64,000 nt of DNA from Psilocybe cubensis (lineage: Eukaryota), in contig CM039002.1 in assembly GCA_017499595.2 (NCBI GenBank), forward strand, positions 558,001 through 622,000, in the 5' to 3' direction. The position numbers and the translations under genes are program-made. The notes under the pieces are model-generated. The model did no database searches. It was not told the origin of the DNA and saw only the letters and a program-made list of their open reading frames with translations. This document shows positions 1 through 12,296 of this stretch, piece by piece (position 1 is the stretch's first letter; each line of letters opens with the position of its first letter).

Positions 1-129
1 ATGTCAGACTGTGATAAGTAAAGGGACATAAAAAATCAGAATGAAAGTCCAATGGGGTCGTTAGTGAAGAGTCCTTTTTCTTTCCTTGAATTTGTGAAAA
101 CATAGAACATTATCGAATGCGCAGAAGGA

Positions 130-1607
130 CTAGCAATGCCAAGTGCTCTGCACAATGAATCAGTACATTGCACACGTTTACGAAAGTAAAGCAGCCAGCT
201 TACATCGCGAACCCCCGGAGTAGTCACACTCTGGTATGCGGGCAAGCCCGTGCATTCTGCCAAACTGACGAGTTTATATCCCGCTTTCTGTAGTTGTTGA
301 ATGGCGAACGGAAGGACTTGGTGCCTAAAGCATCGTGTAAAAAAATCGGATATGGGGGACAATTTTAAGACAAAGTATACTCACGCAGTGGTTTCTGGAT
401 TAATAAAACAAATCGAGTGAGATTCGAGTAACACAGTCGATGCCAGAATCACGCACCTTCTGTTTCGTGATTAAGTGCGACAATGGTGCTGGGATGCCTC
501 GCGATGAGTTGAGTATATGCGGCTTCACTTTGAGCAGGTGTGGAGCCTGTTGAGTCACCAGAGCTGCGAAATGACAAAAGCAGTTAGCTCGCCACTCCTG
601 AGGTGATAAAGAGGAAATATGTTCCACTAACTCGAAGTCCCACAATGCGAGTACCTGTCCTCGGATGGCCGCAGCTTGTCGAACTAAGTCGTTGTAACTG
701 CCGTAAGCTAGATAGTTACTGTTAATAACGAGTCTGAGAATGGTATACATATCAACTAACGTGGTCTCATAAAAGCTGGAACCACTCCAATAATCTTTGT
801 GAGAGCTTCTGCAAAGACCGAAATGAATATGTATCAGACAGGATCATTCAAGATTGTGTCGGAAAGAATATGATAAGATTTCATTTACTCACGCTCAACT
901 TTCCACATCTCGTCATGTACTATATAGAAATGTAAATCGAGGGTATGAGATACGAAATGTTACAACTCACTGTCGTCCCAAGACAACGTTGAAAGATCTT
1001 TGTGGCTCCAGGTATGGGAGGAAACCTGGTGTCCATGCTGATATGCGTACTGTACGCGTTTCACCGAGTCTGCGTCGTATATGCAGGCATCTTTATACCA
1101 TACGTTAGTATAACAGGCAAATAAAATGGCAAGTATTCAAGAGGATGCCAAGAAGAAAGGAATGGACACTGACAGTTATTGCCATCTATTATAACGAAAT
1201 GGTGTTAACAGGAGTAATCAGCACCCGGAGATTAAACGGCTTAGGATTCAAGTGAAATGGCACGACAACTTACTGAAGAAGAAAGTACCAGTTGCGTTGG
1301 CAGCGACAAGAGCTTTGCTGACATCATAACTGCACGGTGGATAAGAGTCAATCGGGAAGCGGAGACAATAGTAACAACACATACAGGTAGACCCAAGGTC
1401 CATCGTCCTAGATAGAATTTGGATCAAAAAGGTGAATCAACAGAAAAACAATACATCGAGGTGAAGCCTCACAAAGGTCAACGCGACGTTGTTGGGCTTC
1501 GTGCAAGTCGTCACGACCCTTGCCAGAGCCTGTCGCTTCTCAACGACAGGTGTCGAGCAGACAAGTGCAGGAAGCACCACGGCCAGAACAAAATTTAAAG
1601 AACGCAT
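130..1607 (-). CDS. Secreted carbohydrate esterase family 4 (chitin/polysaccharide deacetylase, NodB domain), multi-exon
   Basis: Spliced minus-strand reading: signal peptide MRSLNFVLAVVLPALVCS, kexin-like EKR, ALTF|DDGPWVY (CE4 motif 1), HQVSSHTWSHKDL (metal-binding H-x3-H), FMRP|PYGSYND, LWDF, GYKLVSLAECTG. Many short GT-AG introns; stop TAG at 130-132. Confidence 0.9.
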
Positions 1608-3288
1608 CGTTGTTTGTAGTAGGTTAGGAGAGTAAAAGACGGACAGTTTTCAAGGAAAGGGCCTTGAGCTTTTATAGTGTCGGATTCCTAATGCCAATGT
1701 GAAGTTGCCGTCATTCCATCTAGTTCCATCCCGCCAGACAGTCTCCCGAAAGCGACGGTAAATGACTCCTGACATGAAGTCTTCACCATTATTAGAAGAT
1801 ACAATCCGACAGTGCAGCTCGGACGAGACACAATTGTCGAGATTACGCCTAGTGCTTGAGGCCGCGTCCGTGTATTTTCGTCATAGCGAGGAGCATGATC
1901 CTTTGTTGCTGACCAGAGGGTTGAAGAGCGTTCATATTGGCCAAAAATAACCTTTTCTATTCGGTTTCGACTTGGCCAGCGATAGACTCGGAAGAAATAT
2001 GCCGCGTGTCTACCCCATTTCTTCAAAATTGTGATTAGTTGGCTTCAATCGAACTGAGAAGGGGCAAATGAAGTCACGATAAATTTAGACTTACATTGAC
2101 AGGGTTAACAGGGACATCTTGACAAGGATCTCTGTAGATTTCTCGGCATCTAGACTATGTGTACGCTGAAATTGTTCTGCGTCACTGCGAAATGAATAAT
2201 CGAGTAGCCAAGTTGACGGCCGAAGTTGACCAAAATCTTCCTTGCAGTCTTCAGCACCACTGAAGAGAGATAACCATCATTAATGTCGGCCTTTAAATGG
2301 GAAACTTCCGACTCCGGATGCATGTGGGGATAGGCAAAAGCAGAACAGAAGTTTCTCCACTGGCAAACCGATCTATCAGCTAAACCAATTGCGACTCGTC
2401 TAAGTAGTCATCCTATATCCATCGTAAAAGTATAATAGCCCGAGTCGTTGAAAAAGTTTTAGCAAAGTGGAAGAGGTTATATGAGCGCCAAAAAGTGTCG
2501 TTTTGCTATGGGTACCTGAAAGTTCCCAGTGCCAACCTGGTTGGTGCAAGAGACAAGCAAGAGAGAATGAAACTTGCAGGCTCCACCAAAGCATGATTAT
2601 GTCATTATTAACCGTTCGGCACCATTCGGGCCGTCAAATTTTTGTAAAGCAGTAAACTCAGCAGCCAATTGGCAATTCTAACTTGTGCTTTGAATAGCTC
2701 TCAAGCGATTGGTCGGGTCATTGCTATGGCTAACGGGCGCGTCTGGACTCCGGGACTTGATTTGCCACTGCCGTAGCAATTAACATACTTGGGCGTCGAG
2801 CAGGCGTCGAGACTGTGGTATCAGGTTGCAAGTGTGAATGTGTAGCTCTACATCTGCAGGAAAAAAAAGATTTCAGTAGTGGTACAGTTAGCCAATAGCC
2901 GGGGTAGTCTTGTTGACTGCCCCCCTATTTTATTGCTCCCGTAGCTCCCCGCCCAAGTTCAGTAGACTCGGTAGATATCTTAGTCAAGTATATAGCTTCT
3001 GTAGGTTCATGTAATCTCCATGCCAATCTCAATAGACTGTATAATATTTTTCTATGGATGCTACTGTGACTATATTGCCCACTATATGTCTATCTATCCT
3101 CAATTTAGTATTGAATTACCCAGATACATTCGGTCTATGGAGACAAAATAATCTTGGGAAATCTACTATTGTTATTACTGACCTTTATGGGGGTCCAATG
3201 CATATCACACGGTATTATAACATGATCAAGATTATGTATTCAGGTGGGTCAGCGAGCCAACCAAGTATACAGTAATTTATTTATCATA

Positions 3289-5458
3289 TCATTCTTCCAT
3301 ACCATTGTCATCATCCTCACTATCCGTCTCTCCGGAATGTCCATCAAGCTCCTGACGGACTCTAGCAATATCCTCTACAGTAAGCGTCGGCATTGAAGAC
3401 GGGGGAGCCAAGCCAGCGTGCTGACTGCAATCCAGTTTGTCAGGGACCCAAACAATACTGGTGCAACACACTTACCAGGCATGTTTGTACATTTTCTTTC
3501 GGATCGCGAGCACCACATCCTTATTGATAGCTTCCCATGTCTTGAGTACCTCGCGGAAAGCATTGTGACGTTCGAAAATGAGCTTCGCCCACATATGCGC
3601 TTTGGTGAAGGTGCCACTGCTCCACTCGTCCAAGCAAAAGTCGATCTAAAAAAGGAGTAAATTATATGTTTGCTCCACCAAGATTCACACTCACCACTGT
3701 CAGAACCAAAGCCAGCGTTTCTAATGGGATGGGGTTGAAATGGGCGGCATAAATGACACCCGGCCCAGTAAGTCCGTCAAACCAGATGGCCTCGATGGTT
3801 TCGGTAATGATTTTCCCTCTCGTATGACCGGTTTTGTTATGAGGATTCTACAATAATCAGATTCCGGCAATAATATCATTCACGAGAACGCACCTTGTAG
3901 TGAAAAGCCGCATCCGTTTTCAGTAAAGTGTAGAGGTCACGATTGTGGGCGATTGTCGAAGACTTCGTCCCCTTCTTGAAGCCAAAGAGGTTGACGACCA
4001 AGCTACGTATGATTGTCAATGCATGCCCTCGGATACGGGACGGGCGTCTTCGTAGCTGCAAAAAGAAAGCATCAGGCGACAGGAATAACAAGGGTAAGGA
4101 TGCACACTTGCGATGGAGCTAATGCCTTCGGTGATAGCATAGTTTTCCTGGCTGGCCAGACAGGCATTCCGCCAGCACCGTTCGGCCCATTGGAAGCGCA
4201 ACTCGGATGAGGGCAAAGAATTCTGGGTGCTCACCAAGACTTCGAATTCGTGTGCGGCCCTGTTGATTAATGCGCGCGCAACGTCTTCGTAGTCACTCGC
4301 CTTCAGCCTGCGTCCAGGAATTAGAACCACCCCCTCTTTGAGCTGGGGTATCATAGGCTTTTCGCCCGTCGCTCCATGCTCACGTTCGGGATGTTCTTCA
4401 TCACTGTCGTCCTGGACATCGTTACGCGAGCGTTTTTGTGCTCCGGTGGCATCGTCATCGTCGTCGCGAGACCTCTTGCCAGGTTTGGTTGGGCCATGAA
4501 TGGTTGGCGTGTCATGGACGTCTTCCATGGGGTGTGCAGAGTGGGCTTGGACTGGCGGTAATGCCTTGTATGCATGGGGTGACAGGCGCTTCGATAACTT
4601 GCCGGCGTGGGCAGCTTGAGGTTTGACGCGGATAAGCGGAGGGCGGTTTTCTTTCTCGGTGTGGGTGTAGGGCACCACTTTGACCTTTAGCAGCAATTTG
4701 GTGCATATTAGTAGACATTGAGCAGTGAGGACCCTGACTTACTGAGCTAGAGAATGAATTTGGATTATCAAACATCTCTTCTTCGCTTTCATTTTCGGCG
4801 TCGTCATCTTGCTGCGATCCTCCTAGAAACAAATGGTGGTAATACATTTATAACATAGTGGTGCGGGACTTACCATTATGTTTCTGGGCGGCCATGGCCT
4901 TTTTGAGTGCTTTGTATTGGTTTTGTATGCGGCTTAGCTCTTTTTCCAACTGGTCTTTTTCTGGGGCGGTATGAGCAGCACTGAAAATAATGGCATGGGT
5001 GTTGTAACGAACCTAACTCCGATTTTTTCATGGTAGGTTTGGATTGCCGTTTGGTGCGCTTTGCAGGTCCTTGGCTTTTTGCAGGCCCAGTGGGGGCATG
5101 TTCTTCATCGGAGGCGGCAATAGAGACTATATTAATGTATGTGACATATGTTTGTTGCAAAATTGTGTGGTTCGTACCTAGTTTTTTTTTCGGGCGTCCT
5201 CGCCCACGCTTGGGGGGTGGCACAGGTACGGGGGTAGATGCTCGGGCGTCTTCCTGGTCGACCTCGTCCTCTGACATGGTGGCCGCGTCGGATTCTTTAG
5301 GGCCTGATGTTGTCAATGTACTCGCTCGGTGGGTGAAAAAAGTTACCAGAGTCGGATGTATGGGCCTCTTGATCCTCTGGGTCGTGGTATTCATCCGTGT
5401 CGGGCTCTCCCAAATTTTCTGCTTCTGCAGTGGAGACCTGGGCTGCTCGAGGGGCCAT
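3289..5458 (-). CDS. DUF6532-like domain protein with N-terminal acidic/disordered region and AT-hook (transposon accessory gene), multi-exon
   Basis: AT-hook PKRGRGRPKKK (~5180-5212). C-terminal exons read IIRSLVVNLFGF...LLKTDAAFHYK|...IEAIWFDGLTGPGVIYAAHFNPIPLETLALVLTV|IDFCLDEWSSG, which I recognise as the DUF6532 pattern. GT-AG introns link the ORF fragments. Start may be 5458 or 5548. Confidence 0.75.
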
Positions 5459-5626
5459 TGAAGGAGGTGGGAGGGAAGGAGCAAGCAACCTACAAGTTTT
5501 AAAATCCGACAAAAAAATAACGACCTTGTTATTTGTGCCAGGCGCCATTGACCTGGGTGTTAAACATTGCCACCCCCTATTCTATAGGTGAGTGTCTCGT
5601 TGGTTCCTCTGGTTCAATCAGTCACT

Positions 5627-8600
5627 ATGTTTCTCCATCACCCCAGAATAATTCGATGTATGTACTGCACCCACGCCCCCTTTGCATCGGAGGATAGCTT
5701 GTATCGGCACATCTGCAACTCAAAGGGTTGCAGAGCAAAGATGGAAAAACTCTCGAGTGGCGACAGACTGCCCCCACCATCTGCGGATCTCTCTGTGTCA
5801 GAAGATGAGGTCTGGCCCGATCCGCCAGTGACTCCTTGGGCTCCCATGCATACTCAACCTCTACCTGAGAGTTCCGAGTCAGCAACCGAAAACAGCGAAC
5901 CCTGGGGCAGTGCACAGCAACCAGATGTGGAGGACAGCGGGTGCTCATATGTAGAGACATTTCCTGGCCCTACAGGCACTCCGGTCGGGAGAGCACCAAC
6001 GGACTATCAGCAACATGCCGAGTGGCAAAAGCAAAACCAACTGGAATCATGGTATCCATTCGCATCTCAGGATGAGTGGGAATTGGGCCGCTGGTTAATA
6101 AGATCCGGTTGCAGCACTGAAAGGATTGACGAGTTCTTGAGATTGAATATGGTGAGTCTCGTCGCAGATGTTGTGAGCCCTGTGCGAGCTGATTCCTTGC
6201 AGATGCGTAGCCGTATGAGGCCTGCATTCAAAAACACCAGAGCGTTGCACAAACGCGTCGATCTGCTGCCCGAGTCTTCACCTTGGTTTTTCAAGCCCCT
6301 CAAAGTCACAGGAAACCTCAAGGACCACCACAACAAGTATTTGGAGGAGGACTTGGAGTTGTGGTATCGCAACCCTGTGGATTGTATAGCAGAATTACTC
6401 CAAAATCCCGCCCTGGACGGACGGTTAGGTTTTGAACCACGACGCGTGTATCGCTACCCCAATTCGATGGATCGTGAATACAACGAGATGTGGAGTTGCG
6501 ACTGGTGGTGGGAAAGACAGGTATGTTGGTCAATAATGATGTTCATCGGGGCAGCGATTGACTTACCAAAAAACATAGAAGTTACTGCCTGAGGGTGCCA
6601 CCGTGTGCCCTGTCATTATATCGTCTGATAAGACCCATTTGACGAACTTCTCGGGTGACAAACAGGCATGGCTGGTATACATAAGTGTCGGTAATATACC
6701 GAAAGAGCTCCGTCGCAGTCCCTCGGCCAAGGCAATGGTTCTGCTAGGCTATCTCCCAGTCGCTAAATTCGCATGTTTTGATGAGGCCCGCCAGGCTGTG
6801 GAAAAGTATCAATTATTCCATCGCTGTATGCGTATCATCATGGAACCTCTGATTAAAGCTGGGCAAGAAGGAGTCCAATTGCAGTGCGCAGACGGTTATG
6901 TGCGCCTCTGTTTCCTGATCCTCGCTGCCTATATTGCAGATTACCCGGAGCAATGTCTAGTCACTTGCATCCGAGAGAACTCGTGCCCGCGTTGTCTTGT
7001 TCTGCCGAAGCAAAGAGGCGAATACATGGACAGACCCCCATTACGCACGCCCGACCATACTTTGGAGGTCCTCGACGACACCGCCCAGGGCAACAAGCAC
7101 CCGGACTTCAAGAAATATAACTTGAGATTGGTGGATCCGTTCTGGCGTGATTTGCCTTTCTGTGATATCTTCGAGGCCATTATGCCAGACCTTTTGCATC
7201 AGTTGCACAAAGGTATTTTCAAAGATCACATCTGTAATTGGGCGGGTCAGGCTTTGGAAATCGCAACAGGGCCAGGAGAAATGGACGAACGCTTTAAAGC
7301 CATGAGTTTGCACCCAGATGTACGGCATTTTGACGCTGGCATCACGCACACAACCCAATGGACGGGGAAAGAGCACAAGGCAATGGAAAAGGTTTTGTTG
7401 GGTATCCTAGAAGGCGCCGTCAATGATCGTGTCATCCTCTGCGCCCGGGCATTGCTTGATTTCATATATTACGCCTCCTTCGAGACCCACAGCGACAAGT
7501 CTTTGCGTATGTTAGACAAGTCTTGGCTATGTTTCCACCAAAACAAGAACATATTCGTAGAGCTGGAGCTCCGCAAGCACTTCAATATCAGCAAACTACA
7601 TAATATTCGGCATTATGTGGATGCGATTCGTTCATTTGGCACCTTGGATGGATTCAACACCGAGAACACGGAACGTCTGCACATTGATTTGGCCAAGGTC
7701 GCATATCGGGCTTCTAACAAGCAGAACTACGTCCCACAAATGATAGGGTGGCTGCGCCGACGGGAGAACATACACAAGAACACGATTTACTTGCACTGGA
7801 GGACGCAATGGACGGAGGAGCATAATGAGGAGTCAGACACCGAGGATGAGGATGACGCAGGCGAGGATGAGGAGGATGATGACGTGGACCAGGTAGAGGT
7901 GGGTGAGGTTGCGGGAGCCAAGGAGGTAGTTCATCGTGTGGCCTTGCGAGCACCACTGCCCGCGGTGCCCCTGCGCACGCTTGTGCATGAGTATGGGGCA
8001 GAGCAACTGTTGTCGGAACTCAATTACTATCTGGAGGATGTAGGTTCGCAGTACAAGGCCTCAATTTCTAGCACGTTCGCCGTGTATCCGCGCGCCAGGC
8101 TGACCTTGCCTGTCATACCTGAGGTCGGGACGGAACCAGTCAGAGACGCGCTGTCGGCGACCCCCGCCGTGCCCGCGCGACATACCCCACAGGGAACCAA
8201 GCGAGCTGTACCACCCAAATTCACCACGGCACTTTTCAAAACAGCATCTACCGATGTCAACAAAGGCCCGTTAGATGGTCTAGCTGTTGGTCAGATCCGT
8301 TTAATCTTCGATAGCCCACGCACTACCTCAGACACGACCAAGACCCCTTTGCTGTATGTCCGTTGGTTCAAGCCCCTCCGTTTGCCGCAGACAGAAGCAG
8401 GGCTCTGCGAAACATCATGGTCCTCGCGACACGGAGCTACGCGGGCCACTGTAGTGCCTTTGACAGACGTCGTACGAAGCTGCCATCTCATGCCTCTGTT
8501 TGGGCGCCATATAGCCAAGGAGTTGGGGTGGCAGGCAATTGACGTACTACACCAAGCACCCAAGGTTGCTCTGAATCCTTATCTTCGTTTGTATGACTTC

Positions 8601-8687
8601 TATTGGTTTCGGTATAAGTTATCTATGCATGAAGAGGAGGCGTCGCCGGATCGAAAGGCGACTTTTGGTAAGAAACGCAAGCGTTGA
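5627..8687 (+). CDS. Plavaka transposase (CACTA/EnSpm-related RNase H-fold DDE), with N-terminal zinc finger; about two internal introns
   Basis: C-x2-C...H-x5-C finger (CMYC...RHICNSKGC); WYPFASQDEWELGRWL; LWYRNPVDCIAELLQNP; EMWSCDWWWERQ; IISSDKTHLTNFSGDKQAW; AYIADYPEQCLV; CPRC; PDLLHQLHKGIFKDH; GTLDGFNTENTERLHIDLAK. Introns at about 6151-6202 and 6521-6578. No disabling stops seen. The 5' end is uncertain (GTGAGT donor at 5588). Confidence 0.93.
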
Positions 8688-8746
8688 GCAGTAATGGAGG
8701 ACTACAGATTTCCATCTATGACAATGTAGACACCATATGATATACA

Positions 8747-9501
8747 CTAATGACGACCCAAGTGTAGTTGGGCTCGACCCTGAATGTGTTCCAAGGTTTG
8801 CCTTAAAGACTTTACTTGGCGTTCCAGAAAGTCAATACGATCCGTGAGTTCCTCTTCTTTGTCAATGAACCGGAACGCCTGCCCAATTTCTTCGGCGTCG
8901 TACTCCTCCTCGAGAAGCTCCTGGAATTTAGAGAGGCGGAGCACCTCCTTTTGTATGACCTTCATCGCTTCACGAGCAGAGCAAGATGCCCGGGTGCGGT
9001 TGCGTACGCGAACAGGGCTGCCTGGGGTTTCTTCGCCCCAGGTGTTAGGATCGAGTTCGCTATCGCTATCTGTGGGACAATTAATGTTCGGGGGCTCTAG
9101 TATATCCGCTATCACATACCTGACGATAGGCTAATGATTTCCTCCCCTTCAGAGTTGTTTGAACTCTCTGTGGCGGCAGCAGCAGCGGGGGCCTCGGCGC
9201 GGCGCACCACAGTGCGTACTACGCCCTCAGTGACACTGTAAGTAAAGATTAGTGGTAGCTCTGGGGTGGGATTTAAGTAACTCACCTGTGACGAGTTCTA
9301 ATGGCGGCCTGGCGAGCAGGCAGCCTACGGCGTACTGGGCCAGATGCCCTGAGGCCTGCGCGTTGTGGTGCAGCTGGGGCAGATGCACTGGGGCCTCCAC
9401 GTCGTGGGGCAGCCGATGGCGAAGCAGGTGTCCTACGTCTCCAACGAGGGGTCCTGGGTGGACGGAGGTTCATGGCGTGGCGCGACTGACCGGGGCTCAT
9501 G
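8747..9501 (-). CDS. Hypothetical transposon cargo protein, Arg/Pro-rich N-terminus and C-terminal coiled coil
   Basis: ORF 8747-9115 has heptad-like EELTDRIDFLERQVKSLRQTLEHIQ. Upstream exons are linked by a GTGAGT donor near 9285 and a CAG acceptor near 9237. Exon structure is inferred. Confidence 0.45.
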
Positions 9502-9777
9502 TGGGAGGAGCAGAAAGAGGAGTGCGGCGCCCAGACACCGGCTTGTAGCCCTCTTATATCGTCTGAGTTATGGCTCAAACATTTGCCACAAAATTGCCAA
9601 TGGCGATGGCGAAGGTGGCGATCACTTTGTTGGAGTTTACTGAAAATTTTTTGGGTTTCGTTCGATCCCATGCTCGATTTATGACACGCAGGGGAAAACT
9701 TTAAGATTCCAATAGACGTGACTCTACTCGAAAAGATGTGTAGGTACAAAGGAATGTATGAGGTTCAACCCATGTCC

Positions 9778-10350
9778 TCAGACCCTCCGGGACCTCTTCT
9801 TGTTAAGCGCCTTTCTCAGCAGCGCCACCTCTTTTTGTAACAACATGATCTTCTGGTCGTCAGCAACGGCCTTGATCTTCATGAAGCGGACTTCTTTGTT
9901 GAGAGCGATGTTGAGTTTGTGATCAGAGCGGAATTGTTCCAATCGTTCGTGAAGTAGGTCCTGAATTTCGGCTTCGCGATTTGTCAAATTCAAGCTCACA
10001 TGGTGGTGGTGCAGTGACAACTCTTCCAGGCGTTGCAGGTGTTCCCGAATGACCGCGATCGAATGGTGAATGGCGGCCGGTGTCGCGGACGATCTCGCCG
10101 TCACCGCTGGCTCAACCTGGCCTGGAAACACATCATCTGGACCGATGTCTACTATGCTAGCTGGAGAAGTTTCGGCAGCAATGTCTCTGCAAGATAAAAA
10201 GTTGAGCACAGTGGACATGGCTGCAACCAGGGCGAAATACTTACGACAGTCTGAGGGCCCCGCGTCGGCGTGTAGCATTCGGGGTGGGTGTTGAAGGGGT
10301 CGCCGAGGAGGGTCGATACCTCTGGAGTGATGGCGTAGCCCGACGGACAT
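9778..10350 (-). CDS. Hypothetical transposon cargo protein with C-terminal coiled coil and basic tail
   Basis: Part of the 245-aa ORF 9778-10515, with a probable in-frame intron (GTAAGT ~10244 to TTGCAG ~10187). Ends IMLLQKEVALLRKALNKKRSRRV (possible NLS). Confidence 0.5.
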   Translation of the reverse strand: MSVGLRHHSRGIDPPRRPLQHPPRMLHADAGPSDCRKYFALVAAMSTVLNFLSCRDIAAETSPASIVDIGPDDVFPGQVEPAVTARSSATPAAIHHSIAVIREHLQRLEELSLHHHHVSLNLTNREAEIQDLLHERLEQFRSDHKLNIALNKEVRFMKIKAVADDQKIMLLQKEVALLRKALNKKRSRRV

Positions 10351-10576
10351 TAGGAGAATGAATCGTGTTAGCTTTGGAGCGGTGAGGCGTTGGGGTGCGA
10401 GACATGATGGCAGACCTGATAGAAATTGCAGAGGCCATGCCGCTTTTATATATGCCACGAACATGTCAAATTTCCGGGTCATAGTTATGTCCAAATGACC
10501 TCCGCCTGTTGACATTTATATGGCAACACAATCCATACGGCAGACAGACATGTTTTCGTAGTAGAGATTGTACATC

Positions 10577-11500
10577 TTACTGGCTGACGGACTGTTTAAT
10601 GGCATCTACAACCTTGATAAATTCATCCCGCTGCCGAGTCCACTCCAATCGTTCTGCCTGGAGGGTGTCACGCTCCTGGCATACCGCCGCTAGTGTCTTC
10701 TCCAGTGAATCTTTTTGATCGACAGACTTAGCCAGTCGCTCTCGCACACGACCCCAATCCATCTTTTCGTCTTGCCAACGACTGAAAACATCGTTGATGG
10801 AGGACTTGGTGGCGCTGACCATTCTCTCTAAAGCCGAGACCGAGGCCTCCATTTCTTTGACGGAATTCTGCACAGACTGTATGCGGCGTTCCAGTTGGTC
10901 CTCTCGATCCATAACGAAGCGGCCTGCAGGTATACGCCACAGGATCTCCTCATGGAGAGCCAGTGCCTCAGCCGTGACAGGCCCTCCTCCGCGCGCTGGC
11001 TCTGCACAAAATCAGTACAATAGACCCAGTTAAATACGCATTACTCACTATCGCTATGGTTGTCCATGCTGTCCTCTGTGACGGAACCGCCTTCCTCAAC
11101 TACTTGCGCGGCGTTGTGAGCGTCATTGTGGTCCTCAACAACCTGACTTTCTTCATAGTGAACTGCGGTAGCGACCTGAGTCAGTAATCACTTCGCAGGG
11201 GCCCACCAATGGACACTCACCAGACACATACTGGCTGCATTCGTCGTCGGCTAACTGCGTCTCCGTTGCTTCAAACATACCGGCAGGTGAGGCTGGATGA
11301 GGGGACGTAGACGCGCGAGATATAAACACGCGAGGAATGGGGGTCTGAGGCGTAGCGTGGCGCTGAAACGAGACTCGCTTGTCCTTGGTGGGGGATTTGG
11401 GTTTGCGGCGGGCTCTGCCTCCCGGGGATGGAGAGCTGGTGGCGTCGGAGATTGACACACGAGGGGAGGACGTGTGACTCGCCTTGTTCGTACGAGCCAT
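10577..11500 (-). CDS. Hypothetical transposon cargo protein, three exons, long C-terminal coiled coil
   Basis: Exon 1 MARTNKASHTSSP...ECSQYVS ends at a GTGAGT donor (~11220). Exon 2 reads HYEESQVVEDHND. Exon 3 includes the 111-aa heptad-rich ORF (LERRIQSVQNSVKEMEASVSALERMV). Confidence 0.55.
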
Positions 11501-11675
11501 GGAGAAGACTAGGGCGCAAAAACATACACAGTCGGCTCATGCCTTTAAGGAATAAAATTGCATGATCGGTCGGCGGGGGCGTCGCGATCGGGCGGCATGA
11601 CGTAGGCGAGGGTAGAACACGGTCAGCACCCCCATAACAGGGGCCCCGATCGCGTATCGATAAGGTGTAAGGGCA

Positions 11676-12179
11676 GCACACCAGAGAGCTCTGGTGTGCG
11701 GGGTATAAGTCGTTGTCCAGTCTTATCAGAGACCTCTGATCACGGCACGAGGGCTGGTGCTAATCGAAGTAGTTTTCCATTGATTTGGCGAAGAAGGTGG
11801 GGTCGATACGGAGTGTGCGGATACAATGTCGGGGGCGATGAGAACAGACCAGAGACCTCTGGTGGGCTATCACAGTGTGTTACCCCGGTTACATGATTGG
11901 GAGCAAAAGCGCGAGTGCAAGACACGCCAGAGAGCTCTGGTGGGTCTGACACTATACCGCCCAGGGGGAGCACGACCAGAGACCTCTGGTAAGCCCCGCA
12001 GACGTCTGGGCGCCGCCATGCAGCTTGTCAGGTTGCGCCTCTTGTCGATAACGAGCTGGGCTAGGCGGTAGGAAACCAGAGAACTCTGGTTGTCCTAAAT
12101 CACCTGGGATGGTGCAGCGAACGAGCCAGAGATCTCTGACTTGCCCGCGACCCCCGCACCCAAGACCAGAGAACTCTGG
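11676..12179. repeat. Array of eight 14-bp palindromes (C/T)CAGAG-AN-CTCTG(G/A) separated by unique spacers
   Basis: Copies start at 11681, 11726, 11849, 11927, 11976, 12076, 12126 and 12166. Centres are AG, AC, AC, AG, AC, AA, AT, AA. Confidence 0.9.
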
Positions 12180-12296
12180 AGGCGGGAGGGGTGAGGTTGC
12201 TATCAAGATGGTTGCAATCCACATCACCCCTTGTCGTGTCACGTGGCTCTTTCAAACTCCGCTCAGGTACGTTTTGATTCCTAAGTCCCTCTTCCC

